A stretch of DNA of 64,000 bases, from NCBI GenBank assembly GCA_041906785.1, contig JAYRIM010000028.1:121661-185660 (forward strand), read 5' to 3'. Numbering within the stretch: position 1 is the stretch's first letter; each line of letters starts with the position of its first letter. Below the pieces are notes generated by a model. That model did not search any database and had not been told where the DNA came from. It saw only the letters and a program-made list of their open reading frames with translations. A program made the position numbers and the translations under genes. The stretch is from Candidatus Levyibacteriota bacterium. GTDB taxonomy: Bacteria > Patescibacteriota > Microgenomatia > Levybacterales > UBA12049. Shown here piece after piece: positions 1 to 10,937 of the stretch.

Positions 1-1526
1 AAAAATGGATTATATTTAAAAATAAGAAATACATTCCCTCAAGATTTAGAATCGTACAAAACCTAGTGTTGTTAAATGGTGAAAAAAGTAATTTTGATAC
101 GGAAATTGAATTATTAGATAAAAATGATGTTATTCTGGAAGATTCTTTTGACAAAGCAAAAATTTCGAAAATTATTATTTTACCTAAAAAAATTCAAACA
201 CCGTCACATGATATTTTCAAAAATGTTCAATTGACGCTCTATCCTGATTCTCTTTTCTATCCTATTAAAAATTTTTTTCATAAGCTTAAAAAACCAAAAG
301 TTCAAAATGTAAAACAATCAGTAGATTACCACATCGGATCTATGTTTACTAAATTAGTGGAACTTAAACATTTAGAAGAATCACATAAATCAGATTATCT
401 TACTAAACAAGTAGATACTATATTATCTATGCTCGATGGTTTAGATAAAATCTTACATAATAACTCGTCATCACTTGAAAATAACATAGAGATTATTCAA
501 GAAACAGTTAGTTATTTAGATAGCTTTGAGCAGTTTATTAATGAATTTAATATGGACTATATTATGTATAATGAGCCGATTTTACAAAAAATATCTTCAA
601 CTAAAAATAATTTAAAGAAAAAATATTCTTTCTTTCTAGGTTGTATCGATAATTGTTTTCTATATAAAGCAGAAATTCCACAAGCACACAAATATATATT
701 TCATATTTCAAGTTCAGAAAGAAAAAACATAGAGAAAATGAACATTTATAACTTTAATATGGATAATCCTCTGGATATTTCCTCAGCTACAGTTATTTCA
801 GGAATAACAGGATCAAATTATATTAAGATCTATCTTCATGCATTACATGTAAGTGATGAAATTAGTCTTACGAATAATCAATCAAAAAAAATATATGTAA
901 AAAATGATTCAAAAAAGTTTATTTTACAATTCAACTACCTCTCCGGTGAGGGCAAGTATCTTGTTAAAAAAAATTACTTTAATTCTATTTCTAAACATCG
1001 ATGGTTTGAAACAATTGCCTTAAAGAATAAATTTCCTGAGCAGTTTAGTGATGCGGTAAACCTGAATGATTACACTATTTTAGAAAGTATTGAGATTAGT
1101 CCGTTATTTAGAGATGGAATTAACAATAAGATTGAATTAGGAAAAATTGTAAAATATGATTTTGCGAATGATTTTTCTCTAGTATGGGAAGATGTCACTA
1201 AAAGTCAAGGATATATACCTAAACAATTACAATATACAGATGAATCTCCCATAAATAAGAAAGTTTTGCAATATCCGAAATTAGAAACCACAGAATATTT
1301 AGTATTCTCTGAGACATATGATGATGGTTGGCAAACTGATAAAAACTTTCAAAAAATTAAAGTTAGTGGTGGTTTAAATGCTTGGGCTATACCTGCTGGA
1401 TTTTATGGTAATATTGATATTTATTTCGAAAATCAAAAAATGTTTTACATAGGTATAACTATTTCTCTCGTAACCTTTGTTCTGTTATTAACAATATTTG
1501 CTAAACAATATAAAAATGGAAAATAA
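1..1526 (+). CDS. 5'-truncated large membrane/surface protein (YfhO/AftD-like C-terminus), probably the C-terminal part of a GT-C-type protein
   Basis: Frame is open from nt 3 (KWIIFKNKKYIPSRF...), so the gene starts before the window. C-terminal LVFSETYDDGW...LNAWAIP motif followed by a terminal TM helix. Confidence 0.6.
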   Translation, partial: KWIIFKNKKYIPSRFRIVQNLVLLNGEKSNFDTEIELLDKNDVILEDSFDKAKISKIIILPKKIQTPSHDIFKNVQLTLYPDSLFYPIKNFFHKLKKPKVQNVKQSVDYHIGSMFTKLVELKHLEESHKSDYLTKQVDTILSMLDGLDKILHNNSSSLENNIEIIQETVSYLDSFEQFINEFNMDYIMYNEPILQKISSTKNNLKKKYSFFLGCIDNCFLYKAEIPQAHKYIFHISSSERKNIEKMNIYNFNMDNPLDISSATVISGITGSNYIKIYLHALHVSDEISLTNNQSKKIYVKNDSKKFILQFNYLSGEGKYLVKKNYFNSISKHRWFETIALKNKFPEQFSDAVNLNDYTILESIEISPLFRDGINNKIELGKIVKYDFANDFSLVWEDVTKSQGYIPKQLQYTDESPINKKVLQYPKLETTEYLVFSETYDDGWQTDKNFQKIKVSGGLNAWAIPAGFYGNIDIYFENQKMFYIGITISLVTFVLLLTIFAKQYKNGK

Positions 1527-1854
1527 TTTATTTTTGGATAAAAAAAGATTATTAGCTTTCACAATTTTTTTAATATTACTTGTAAATTTGATCAATATAC
1601 CTTATTTAAGTATTTTTTTTGAGCAAATTATTGTTTTTTATGTATTCTTTCTTTTAATACCTTTTGTATTTAGATTTTCTTTACAAGCGACGATATTTTA
1701 TACTTTGTTTTTTTTCATTGTTTGTTGCGCACTATTACTTGTTGGGGCAAATATTATCGCAGAAGAATTTGCTAATATTATTTACTTCTTACTTGTTTAT
1801 ATCTTTATTAAATTTATTATGAAAGTTAGAGAAAGTGATCTTCTTAAGAAATAA
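1516..1854 (+). CDS. small integral membrane protein
   Basis: About 4 hydrophobic helices; ATG at 1516 overlaps the end of the upstream gene. Confidence 0.6.
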   Translation: MENNLFLDKKRLLAFTIFLILLVNLINIPYLSIFFEQIIVFYVFFLLIPFVFRFSLQATIFYTLFFFIVCCALLLVGANIIAEEFANIIYFLLVYIFIKFIMKVRESDLLKK

Positions 1855-2887
1855 ACTTAAGCAATTTTAAAATTCCTAATTTTGGAAGACTTTTATTATC
1901 TGAAACATTGCTCTTTCCAACCTCTTTGAAATGTAGTCGATTTTTAACAAACCAATCGTAATTTTCTATAAACAACTCTGCATTTGTTTTTTTTGGTTTC
2001 CATTTGAGCTTTGTTTTTACTTTATGAGTATCTGAGTATAATGATCGTCCTAACATTGTATACTGATAAACTCCGAGAGGTGACAGATTAAATCTATCAA
2101 GAATTGATAAAAGTAAAATTGTGAATCCTGTAGGCAAAGAGATTACTTTTGACTTACTTTTCGCATGTTCGATAACTTCATTATAAATTTGTTTAATTGT
2201 TAATATCTGATCTGCACCTATATTATAGATTTCGAAATCCTTTCTTTTACTTGCCTTTAGTAATGCAACACATAAGTCCTGAACATTTATAAATTGGTAT
2301 TTATTATCTCCCTTTCCTAAAGTATATATATTTTTCCCGGCATGAATAAACTGAAACAATATTCCTTGTAGGCCTAATCTTCCTACACCAGACACAACAG
2401 GACAGCGAAAAATTTGGATTGGTATCTTTCCTCTGTATTCCTCTAAAACACGTTCTGCCTCTAATTTGCTTTTTCCATATATTTCTAATGGCCTTGTTAT
2501 TGTTTTTTCTGTTACTGGATTTTTAGGTGGTAATCCATATACTGTATTACTTGAAGTAAACATAAAAGACTTAGCTTTTTTTCTTAAAGCTAGTTCTATA
2601 ATATTTCTTGTCCCTTCAATATTTGTTTTCCATAGAGTGTTTTTAGAAACTGTTTTATTAGGTAGAGAAGCAGCGAGATGGAATACATAATCGATTTTCC
2701 CAATTTTTTGTTCTAGCCTTTTTAAATCTTTACTAACAAGAATATTTCCTTTTATAAAGGTAACATCTTTATTTTCTGGAGATAATAGATCAAAGACAGT
2801 TATCTTATATCCTTTTTTAAGCAGATAATTACACAGTTGAGTTCCTATAAATCCAGAACCACCTGTTATAAGTGCTTTTTTTTGCAT
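1844..2887 (-). CDS. NAD-dependent epimerase/dehydratase (extended SDR)
   Basis: TGGSGFIG, HLAA, YGKSK motifs. Confidence 0.9.
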   Translation of the reverse strand: MQKKALITGGSGFIGTQLCNYLLKKGYKITVFDLLSPENKDVTFIKGNILVSKDLKRLEQKIGKIDYVFHLAASLPNKTVSKNTLWKTNIEGTRNIIELALRKKAKSFMFTSSNTVYGLPPKNPVTEKTITRPLEIYGKSKLEAERVLEEYRGKIPIQIFRCPVVSGVGRLGLQGILFQFIHAGKNIYTLGKGDNKYQFINVQDLCVALLKASKRKDFEIYNIGADQILTIKQIYNEVIEHAKSKSKVISLPTGFTILLLSILDRFNLSPLGVYQYTMLGRSLYSDTHKVKTKLKWKPKKTNAELFIENYDWFVKNRLHFKEVGKSNVSDNKSLPKLGILKLLKFIS

Positions 2888-2897
2888 AAAAGAAGAG

Positions 2898-3434
2898 TTA
2901 TTTCTTGTCGGCAGAAGTTATAGCATTTGTTATTTCTTTCATGTTTTGCTCTGAAAAATAAAGAACATTTTTGAAATTTTCCTTGTGTTCTTTCGGAACT
3001 GTAGAGATAAATTTTTTTAAATATCTTTGGTGAACAGAAGATGCAAGTTTCAATCTTTCAAATGTTTCATCCTTGATCTTTGCAGGGTTTTGTTTTACCA
3101 AATTACTTATTAATGTCATATTATTTTCTGCTTTTAATGCAGTATCTAATGCAAGTTTATAATTTTTTTTATCTATTAGAGAATTCGCTGCATTAATTCC
3201 CTTGTCTGTTTGCAAAACATAAAAATCGACTTTTTTAATAGTATCTGTTATCAAGATGGGAGTAATCTTGTCTCTAATTTTTTTAAGTGAATACAATGGA
3301 TTATCTGGTAAAATCCCAGGATATGCGAGGGAGTAATCTGCAGATTTTTCGCCTTTTGCGAATGTTGTAGTTGGTAAAATTACTGTAGATAGTAAAAGAA
3401 CAAAGAAAATAAAAAATGCAATTTTTTGTAACAT
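2898..3434 (-). CDS. secreted DUF5667-type helical protein
   Basis: Signal peptide followed by YPGILPDNPLYSLK motif. Confidence 0.7.
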   Translation of the reverse strand: MLQKIAFFIFFVLLLSTVILPTTTFAKGEKSADYSLAYPGILPDNPLYSLKKIRDKITPILITDTIKKVDFYVLQTDKGINAANSLIDKKNYKLALDTALKAENNMTLISNLVKQNPAKIKDETFERLKLASSVHQRYLKKFISTVPKEHKENFKNVLYFSEQNMKEITNAITSADKK

Positions 3435-3516
3435 GTTCTTACTATAGCACAGCTATAAAAATAGTCAATATAAATTATTTCAAAACAGATGTGCTTGATG
3501 ATATAATCAAGATATA

Positions 3517-4197
3517 ATGTTATTATCTATTATTATTCCTTCTTATAACAGTGGAGAAAGACTAGTAGAACTTATAAAGCGTCTACAAAAAATAAAAATT
3601 AAAAATATTAAAAGTGAAATCATCATTATTAATGATGCTTCAAAAGATCCAATTTATAATAAGATAAGAACACTCAGAAACATCACATATATTGAACATA
3701 AAGAAAATAAAGGAAAAGGGGGATCAGTACGAACGGGTTTTGAGAATGCTAGAGGTGATATCCTTCTCATTCAAGATGACGACTTAGAATATATACCTGA
3801 AGATATTCCAAAGTTAATAGAGCCAATTATAAAGAAAAAAACAGAAGTTGTATATGGTTCTAGAAGGCTAAATAAAAATAATAAATACTCGTCATGGACA
3901 TATTTTTTTGGTGGTGCTTTTATTAATATGCTTTTTAGAATCTTTTTAAGAACTTCTTTAACAGATGCAATCACAGGCTCTAAGGTAATTACAAGAAATG
4001 TTTACAATCATATAAAGCCAATAGAAGTAAAAGGTTTTGAGATAGAGGCAGAATTGACAGCGAAAATTTTACATAAAGGTTTTACTATTTTAGAAATTCC
4101 TATACGTTACATTCCACGTACACATAAAGAAGGGAAAAATATAAGATGGCACCATGCTTTTAGAATTATTAAAACACTTCTTTCTTATTCTTTTTAA
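3517..4197 (+). CDS. GT2 glycosyltransferase (DPM1-like polyprenol-phosphate glycosyltransferase)
   Basis: SIIIPSYN, NDAS, NKGKG, QDDDLEY, GFEIEAE. Confidence 0.9.
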   Translation: MLLSIIIPSYNSGERLVELIKRLQKIKIKNIKSEIIIINDASKDPIYNKIRTLRNITYIEHKENKGKGGSVRTGFENARGDILLIQDDDLEYIPEDIPKLIEPIIKKKTEVVYGSRRLNKNNKYSSWTYFFGGAFINMLFRIFLRTSLTDAITGSKVITRNVYNHIKPIEVKGFEIEAELTAKILHKGFTILEIPIRYIPRTHKEGKNIRWHHAFRIIKTLLSYSF

Positions 4198-4211
4198 ACA
4201 CAACCATTTGT

Positions 4212-5168
4212 TCATAAAGAAACTTTTTTATCTTCTGGAGGTTCCCCATGACAAACGCCTTCACCTTTGTCTGTAAAAGTTTGCCCGTTAATTGGTTTAA
4301 ACTCCCAGCTGTAACTTTTATCATACAATGTTAATACAAGGACACCGTATGAATTGTTCTCTTTTATCTCACTGTTTCTTGCAGGTCTTCCTAAATTATG
4401 AAGCATAGTTCCACCTGTACCAACGACAAATGATCGAATTCCATACTCGTTGTCTATTTGACCTATTGGATTTAATGGTGGAAAGCGTTCATACATGTGA
4501 TCGTGTCCGGCAAGACTAATATCGCTTCCTGCATTGTAAAGTACTTCCCAAAAAGGTAAAACTGCTTGATCATTACTCGATGGTCCTGAGCTGAATCGTG
4601 GATGATGTCTATAGGCAAGTGTGCAAAAGTTTCTATGTTTATCAAGGTCTTCTTTAAGCCATGTAATCTGTTCAGAATGTTCACAATCAGGATCTTCCAC
4701 ACAAAGCTGGCTATTCAATGCAATAATATGCCATTTACCTATATCATAACTATAAAACCCTTTCCCTTCTTCTCCTGCACGTTTACCAAAATACTTAAAG
4801 TAGGCTGATGCATTCTCGGTATGATATTCATGGTTACCCACAGCTGGTCTTATTCTAGATTTCAATTTTCCCCAGGCTGGATCAAAACAATTCATGAAAT
4901 CATCCCAAGATCCATCTGGGTATCCTATATCGCCTAAAAGCGCTATTGTCCCCGGCAATTGGCCAACGAGTTGAGCAACTTTTTCATCATATTCTGAATT
5001 ACAATCTCCAATATCCCCTACTGCTATCAAAAAATGTTTTGCTACCTTATTTTTTTCAGATTCTGAGGGGTTTGTGCCATCAGTAGTAAAAATTTTATCA
5101 CTATTGTTTCTAACAATAATAATCGATATTATTACTACTATACAGATGAGCGCCAAAAACTTTTTCAT
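4212..5168 (-). CDS. membrane-anchored calcineurin-like metallophosphoesterase
   Basis: GD, GDIGY, GNHE, HHP, GHDH motifs; N-terminal anchor. Confidence 0.9.
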   Translation of the reverse strand: MKKFLALICIVVIISIIIVRNNSDKIFTTDGTNPSESEKNKVAKHFLIAVGDIGDCNSEYDEKVAQLVGQLPGTIALLGDIGYPDGSWDDFMNCFDPAWGKLKSRIRPAVGNHEYHTENASAYFKYFGKRAGEEGKGFYSYDIGKWHIIALNSQLCVEDPDCEHSEQITWLKEDLDKHRNFCTLAYRHHPRFSSGPSSNDQAVLPFWEVLYNAGSDISLAGHDHMYERFPPLNPIGQIDNEYGIRSFVVGTGGTMLHNLGRPARNSEIKENNSYGVLVLTLYDKSYSWEFKPINGQTFTDKGEGVCHGEPPEDKKVSL

Positions 5169-5194
5169 ATTTCAGAACTAAAGTATAGTATATC

Positions 5195-6679
5195 TTGGGG
5201 TTAATAGCTATGAGAAAAAGAACACAACATTCTGTTATTGATACTGTAACAGATTTTATAATCAAAAAGAATTTTTTGTATCTAATTCCAGGTATTGTTT
5301 GGATATTTTTTAATCTTTTTTTTCTACCTTTTCAAATTGGAACTGAAGTAATGCATCGACCTTGGCTTGTAATGAGAGGAGAAATTCCTTATAGGGATTT
5401 TGAATGGATAAGAAATCCTCTAGATATCTTTTTACTTGCTAGTTCATTTAAAGTTTTTGGTTTTAATGGTTTAACACTTCGCATTTTTGTTTTTTTGATG
5501 TACACCTCTATTGCAATAACAATTTATTTTTGTGTCAGAAATATATTGAAAAATCAGGCACTTAGAAGTTTCTATATTTATATAATCATGCTTTTTCCTT
5601 TATTTATGAATACACAGATAGGAGAGGCGTTAGTAGGTTTTTTCATTTTTTTGTCGTTCTATATGTTTTGGAAGTTTACAAGTACAAACTATAATAGATT
5701 TCTTTTACTGTCTGGAGTTTTCTCCGGGCTTTCTCTTCTTACGAAACAAACATCAATAGGAATATTAACAGCGATAGGGTTAACATTATTTCTTTTTTAT
5801 TTTAGAAAGTCATTTTTAAAAAAGGTATTTATTTATATATTAGGTGTCTCTTGTATGTATTTAATTTTCATTCTCTATCTTCTCGCGAATAATGCACTGG
5901 ATGATTATTTTTATTACGCTATTTATTTTAACCTTTTCATTTATAGAGAGATTGCTGGGAGATGGGGATTAAATGAAGGAGTAAAAATGTTGATTTTATT
6001 TTTTTCCTTAGTATTTCCTTTTTCCTTTCTAAAATTAAAGAATTTTCCAAGTGTAAATAGATTTTTAATAATCTTGATTATGATCTGTATGATTCCTACT
6101 TTACTACCTTCATTCTGGTCATATAGATTGAATACGGTGCTTCCAATATTTAGCATTATTGCTTCTGTAGTGTTGTCAAAAGTATACGACCTTATCAAAC
6201 AGCGCGATAGATCTATAATTACTACATTCTCTGCTGTGATGATTCTAATCTTTCTCTATATTTTTATTTATTTCTTCAATCAATATAAGTCATTTATTAA
6301 AAACTATGGAGTTAGTTGGTCTCCTTTTATCTATGATTACTCTCAAAAAGAAATAAAAGCTGGCAAGTGGTTAAATCATAACACAGACCCCGGACAAACA
6401 ATATTTAATACAGCAAGTAATATAATTATGGTATTTAGTGAACGAGATCACCATAATAGATATATAGATGGATTACCGTGGGTTTATTATCCATATGACG
6501 AAACTTTTAAAGAAATTACGAAAGTACCTCCGAGGATTGTGATATGGGATAAGAACCTACCTTCTAATTGGCCAGAATTAAAAAATTGGAAGTTTATACC
6601 GTTTCTTAACAAAAACTATATTCTCAAAAAAAGTTTCGGAGAAATAGAAATTTATTTTTTGAAGAAAAATGTTATTTAG
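5195..6679 (+). CDS. GT-C fold membrane glycosyltransferase (ArnT/PMT-like)
   Basis: GEIPYRDF motif, TKQ, many TM helices. Confidence 0.75.
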   Translation: MGLIAMRKRTQHSVIDTVTDFIIKKNFLYLIPGIVWIFFNLFFLPFQIGTEVMHRPWLVMRGEIPYRDFEWIRNPLDIFLLASSFKVFGFNGLTLRIFVFLMYTSIAITIYFCVRNILKNQALRSFYIYIIMLFPLFMNTQIGEALVGFFIFLSFYMFWKFTSTNYNRFLLLSGVFSGLSLLTKQTSIGILTAIGLTLFLFYFRKSFLKKVFIYILGVSCMYLIFILYLLANNALDDYFYYAIYFNLFIYREIAGRWGLNEGVKMLILFFSLVFPFSFLKLKNFPSVNRFLIILIMICMIPTLLPSFWSYRLNTVLPIFSIIASVVLSKVYDLIKQRDRSIITTFSAVMILIFLYIFIYFFNQYKSFIKNYGVSWSPFIYDYSQKEIKAGKWLNHNTDPGQTIFNTASNIIMVFSERDHHNRYIDGLPWVYYPYDETFKEITKVPPRIVIWDKNLPSNWPELKNWKFIPFLNKNYILKKSFGEIEIYFLKKNVI

Positions 6680-8123
6680 CCTTATTACACTTGGTAATTG
6701 CTTCTTTCTCATTTCTCTGCTCAATAGTATCTTCAGTAGCATAAAAATAAAAAGTTTTAGGCTGATTTTTTTTCCAAGTAACCCGCATCTTTTTTAATGA
6801 TTCACAATCAAATACAACCTCAATTTTTTCATAATCTTTGTTATAGTAAACAGCCAAAGACCCGCTGTGCGGTAAAACACCTACATCTGTAACCCTAGAG
6901 ATTCTATTAATTTCCGGTACACCATTTCCATCAAAATATACTATAGAAAAGTTTGGTAAACTTTTAATTTTTCCTCGTATGTAGTCAAAAAGCTCTTTTC
7001 CATATCTTCTGTCTTGAGTAATTTCCTCTTGGTACTTTCGGTGTTGCATGTATTGAGGAATAAATGCCAAGCTAATAACTACAGGAAATAATAAATAAAG
7101 AATTTTATTTTTATATTGCATTAATCTCCAAATAATCCCTGCAGTTAAGATTGCATAAAAAGGTCTAATAGCGAATAAATATCGATCATAAGAAATATAG
7201 TAATCTCCAAAAATAAAAACAAATCCTGCAACCCCTAATAGTAACAATGAATATATTAATAGAAGTTTTTTATTTTTGAGTAAAAGAATAAATGTCGTTA
7301 AACATAAGAAAAATACAGATGGTAATAGAGATAGAGAAGAAAGATCAATATTGTAGATCGATAGTGTAGATGTATGAGGTATAAATACGCTCTGAACTGT
7401 TTTGGTAAAATTTTGCAATGTGTGTAAATTAAGATGTGCAAACAGCTTAGGTAACGTATGTATTTTAGAGTCAAAAAAGAAAAATCGAGGCATAACATAA
7501 TAGATTAAGTAATATATGAAAATAAAAGGTAAAAATGAAATAATTAAATATTTTATTTTTACAGATTTGACTATAAAAAGATATGTAAACAACAAATAAA
7601 GAATAAGCATATGTGCTCTATAAGGAAAGAATAAGACAGTAATGAAAGCGAAAAATATCGATATTACAAAATACTTTTTGTTATGCGTCTGAGAGTAAAA
7701 TGTAAAAGACATAAGGGTAGAAAAAAGGGTTAGTATAAATTCGTTTATTCGTATTCCTTCAGACATTGTATACAATGCATCTGATCCTACAAAAGAAAAA
7801 ATATAAAAGAAGCCAGCCATGAATGAAGAAAAGTTATTTTTAAAAAGCAGATAAGAATAAAAATAAATAACGAGAGAGGTTATTATAAATAATAAGAAAG
7901 AAAAAGCATAATAGTACACAGGTTCAAGACCAAATAGCATAATGAGTGGATTAAATATATATGACATTGCATAATAAGGATAAAAGAGAGTTTGGTTATG
8001 TCGTTGATAGTAAAGAATAGTGAAATCATCAAGTGCAAAGTTAAAAAGGAGAATAGTGCCAAATGAAAAAAATGAAAATAAAGCAAATAGAATTAAGACG
8101 ATTCTAGAGTCTCTTTTATACAT
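6672..8123 (-). CDS. GT-C fold membrane protein
   Basis: FALDDF after TM1, DRYLF, polytopic. Confidence 0.65.
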   Translation of the reverse strand: MYKRDSRIVLILFALFSFFSFGTILLFNFALDDFTILYYQRHNQTLFYPYYAMSYIFNPLIMLFGLEPVYYYAFSFLLFIITSLVIYFYSYLLFKNNFSSFMAGFFYIFSFVGSDALYTMSEGIRINEFILTLFSTLMSFTFYSQTHNKKYFVISIFFAFITVLFFPYRAHMLILYLLFTYLFIVKSVKIKYLIISFLPFIFIYYLIYYVMPRFFFFDSKIHTLPKLFAHLNLHTLQNFTKTVQSVFIPHTSTLSIYNIDLSSLSLLPSVFFLCLTTFILLLKNKKLLLIYSLLLLGVAGFVFIFGDYYISYDRYLFAIRPFYAILTAGIIWRLMQYKNKILYLLFPVVISLAFIPQYMQHRKYQEEITQDRRYGKELFDYIRGKIKSLPNFSIVYFDGNGVPEINRISRVTDVGVLPHSGSLAVYYNKDYEKIEVVFDCESLKKMRVTWKKNQPKTFYFYATEDTIEQRNEKEAITKCNKAK

Positions 8124-8174
8124 GTAGTATGTTAGAATATTTCTTATAGAAATTATAACTCAACTTTTCGATAA

Positions 8175-8873
8175 ATGAAAAAACCAAATGTATCTATTAT
8201 TTTCCCTGTCCACAATGAAGAAGAGGGAATAACAGAGTTTATCAAGTACGTTTTTAAACAATTGAAACAAGTAGATTTTACATATGAAGTTTTCTTTATT
8301 GAAAATGGTTCTCGTGATAATAGTTTTAATATTTTAAAAGAATTGCAGAAGGAATTCGAATTTAAACTTTTAAAATCAAGGAAGGGGTGGGGAAATGCCG
8401 TAAAAGAAGGTTTTAAAAACGCGCAAGGAGAATATATTTGTTATATGGTTTCAGATTGGCAGGTAGATCCGAAATATATTTCGTTTTTAATGGAAAAAAT
8501 TACTAAATCAAATTTTGATATGGTGAAAGTAAGTAGGATGACAAGGGAAAATAAAACTAGATTAGTTAACTCACGATTATATAATTTACTTGCAATAATT
8601 TTATTTGGAACAAAAACATTCGATATTAACGCTACACCCAAGATAATAAAAGCAAAGATTATTAAAAATAAGCAATTTATTTCAGAAAATATAGCGTTTG
8701 ATTTAGAGTTATTATTATTTCTAAAAAAAAATAAATATAAGTGGAAGGATTTTTCAGTACCATCTTCCAAGCGAAAGACTGGAGTTTCCACAACAAATAT
8801 AAAATCTATTATTGAAATGCTCCGCTATATGATGATATTTAGATTTAGTTCACCTGTTAGAAAAGAACTATAG
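8175..8873 (+). CDS. GT2 glycosyltransferase
   Basis: SIIFPVHNEE, ENGSRD, GWGNAV. Confidence 0.9.
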   Translation: MKKPNVSIIFPVHNEEEGITEFIKYVFKQLKQVDFTYEVFFIENGSRDNSFNILKELQKEFEFKLLKSRKGWGNAVKEGFKNAQGEYICYMVSDWQVDPKYISFLMEKITKSNFDMVKVSRMTRENKTRLVNSRLYNLLAIILFGTKTFDINATPKIIKAKIIKNKQFISENIAFDLELLLFLKKNKYKWKDFSVPSSKRKTGVSTTNIKSIIEMLRYMMIFRFSSPVRKEL

Positions 8874-9875
8874 CACGGATTGATAGTGTTCAGTTTTTCC
8901 TTGTATTATTCCATATGTTCTACAAAGTTCTAAAACCCTTTGAGGTCTTCTCATAAACATCTCAAGTCTCTCTCTTTCGTGCCTTTGTCCAGGAGCCGGA
9001 TCTAATAAACTAGTTATTCGTCTTGCTAAAAAAGTATATGCTGGCGACACAGGTAGAAATTCGTCAGCTACTGGTTCACGATGAAAAACTTCTTTAATTA
9101 AATTATCAGATTGTGTTTTTGCTACTCCATCGGGATCTTCACCATGAATTTGGGTACGTAGCCAGGAATGAAAATCACCAATAGGGAATCCTATATGCGC
9201 TGCAAGGTCATTAATTCTTTGGATACCCCAGTTTCTGTATTCGAGCCAACGTTGCTTTGGCAGATTCTTGGGGCTGTCTAAATTATTTGCGTGTCTGTTG
9301 ATTAAGTCTTCAAATCTTTTTTCTATAGGTATAATAGTCCCCGCTACTGACCAACTTGCAATTTGTGTTATAGCTGGATCCCAATGTATATCTGATGGAG
9401 AAGTTGCAATTACAGGCCCGACGCTTTTTTCCGGAAAACCACGTGCTCGCTGTATCTTCTCCATAGTTGTAATTAAAGATAAAGGCAGACCTTCTTGTAT
9501 GGCGATAAGTGTTGCTAGATCTATATCTGTATGATCTTTCATATATATGTTAATAGCTTCATTTGCATGTCCAGCCGTTCCTTCATTTGCAAGTTTTCGT
9601 GGAGCGTGATAAGCAGCCATAGTTTCCAAAATAGTGTCTGGTTTTATCACTATTTGATCTTCTGGGGATTTTGACGAATTCGCTACAGTTATTTGCTGCA
9701 TTAGAACATCTGCCACAACGCTAGTCGTTACTATATGAAGTGATAGCATCGGTAGATCGAGCGTTTCATATTTCAATAAGTAGTGAAGCATTTCAGATGA
9801 TTGTAAAGGAACATCGTCTACTTTACCAAGACGTTCCCATGGGGCATATCGTAATCGTTCAACTTTTTGTGACAT
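8868..9875 (-). CDS. hypothetical protein, degenerate HD-domain-like
   Basis: LHIVTTSVVA...AAYHAPRK...IEKRFEDLINRH pattern resembles HD-domain proteins. Confidence 0.5.
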   Translation of the reverse strand: MSQKVERLRYAPWERLGKVDDVPLQSSEMLHYLLKYETLDLPMLSLHIVTTSVVADVLMQQITVANSSKSPEDQIVIKPDTILETMAAYHAPRKLANEGTAGHANEAINIYMKDHTDIDLATLIAIQEGLPLSLITTMEKIQRARGFPEKSVGPVIATSPSDIHWDPAITQIASWSVAGTIIPIEKRFEDLINRHANNLDSPKNLPKQRWLEYRNWGIQRINDLAAHIGFPIGDFHSWLRTQIHGEDPDGVAKTQSDNLIKEVFHREPVADEFLPVSPAYTFLARRITSLLDPAPGQRHERERLEMFMRRPQRVLELCRTYGIIQGKTEHYQSVL

Positions 9876-9957
9876 GTGACTGGAATTATAAAGATTTGTA
9901 AAGAAAAAACAAGTTTAGAAGACGATTATTACTGAAAAACTTTTCTAAAAAAGACTA

Positions 9958-9986
9958 TTGAAATTATATTTCTTGTATGATAGGAT
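9958..9986 (+). promoter_or_regulatory. sigma70-type promoter of the sugar-modification operon
   Basis: TTGAAA-17 nt-TAGGAT with an extended -10 TG. Confidence 0.5.
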
Positions 9987-10010
9987 CGTAATCGTTGAGT
10001 TAAATTTTTT

Positions 10011-10937
10011 ATGGATAGAAGAAAAAAATTTAAATTAATAATGATTTCCGCAATGTATGAAAATGGCGGAAACACAACTCACCGTTTCCTCGATGGCCAT
10101 CCTCAACTATTCGTTTATCCATTTGAATCGCAACCTGGAACTTTTCTAGTCTCTGATTATTTAACGACATTATTTCCGCAGAAATACCGATGGCCTGAAC
10201 TTTCTATAGCAGGAAATATTTCTGATGATTATGAGTTATTGATTGATGAAGAATTAAAAAGACATGTTAAAACTCCATTCGCAAGTAAGTTTAAAGATGC
10301 GCATATGGATTTAACGGATAAAAACAGAAAAAAAATCTTTTTAGATATTTTAAAAAAGAAACCAAGAACACGTGCAAATATCGTAGAAGCCTACTATGTA
10401 TCTACATTTGAAGCCTGGAAAGACTATCAAAGATCAGGAAAAGAAATTGCTTATGTTGGATATAGTCCTATCATAGGAGTAGATGCAGAAAAAATTTTCA
10501 GTGATTTTCCTGATGCACATGTCATTCATGTAGTGCGTAATCCTTATTCAGCATATGGGGATACGAAGAAACGTCCAGTGCCGTATTCCATATCCCGTTA
10601 TATGCAAACATGGAATATTGTTCAACTTATGGCATTAAACTTCGCAGCAATGTATCCAAGACAATTTCATATAATTAAATTTGAAGATTTAGTAGCAAGC
10701 CCTAAAAAATTATTTCAAGAATTAGCTCCTAAACTAGGTATTAGATATGCAGAAACACTTGAATATCCTTCTTGGAACGGTAAAAAGCTTGAAAAAGTTG
10801 TCCCATGGGGAACAATTATGACTCCAACGACGGATTTTAATAAGCAAGTAAAAGGTGAATTAACAAAAAAAGAATATGATGCAATTAAAGAACAGACAAG
10901 TGTGATTAATAAACTGTTAGGATATGACCGATTATAA
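10011..10937 (+). CDS. sulfotransferase-family protein
   Basis: LDGHPQL, IHVVRNP, IKFEDLV; atypical 5'-PSB loop. Confidence 0.75.
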   Translation: MDRRKKFKLIMISAMYENGGNTTHRFLDGHPQLFVYPFESQPGTFLVSDYLTTLFPQKYRWPELSIAGNISDDYELLIDEELKRHVKTPFASKFKDAHMDLTDKNRKKIFLDILKKKPRTRANIVEAYYVSTFEAWKDYQRSGKEIAYVGYSPIIGVDAEKIFSDFPDAHVIHVVRNPYSAYGDTKKRPVPYSISRYMQTWNIVQLMALNFAAMYPRQFHIIKFEDLVASPKKLFQELAPKLGIRYAETLEYPSWNGKKLEKVVPWGTIMTPTTDFNKQVKGELTKKEYDAIKEQTSVINKLLGYDRL

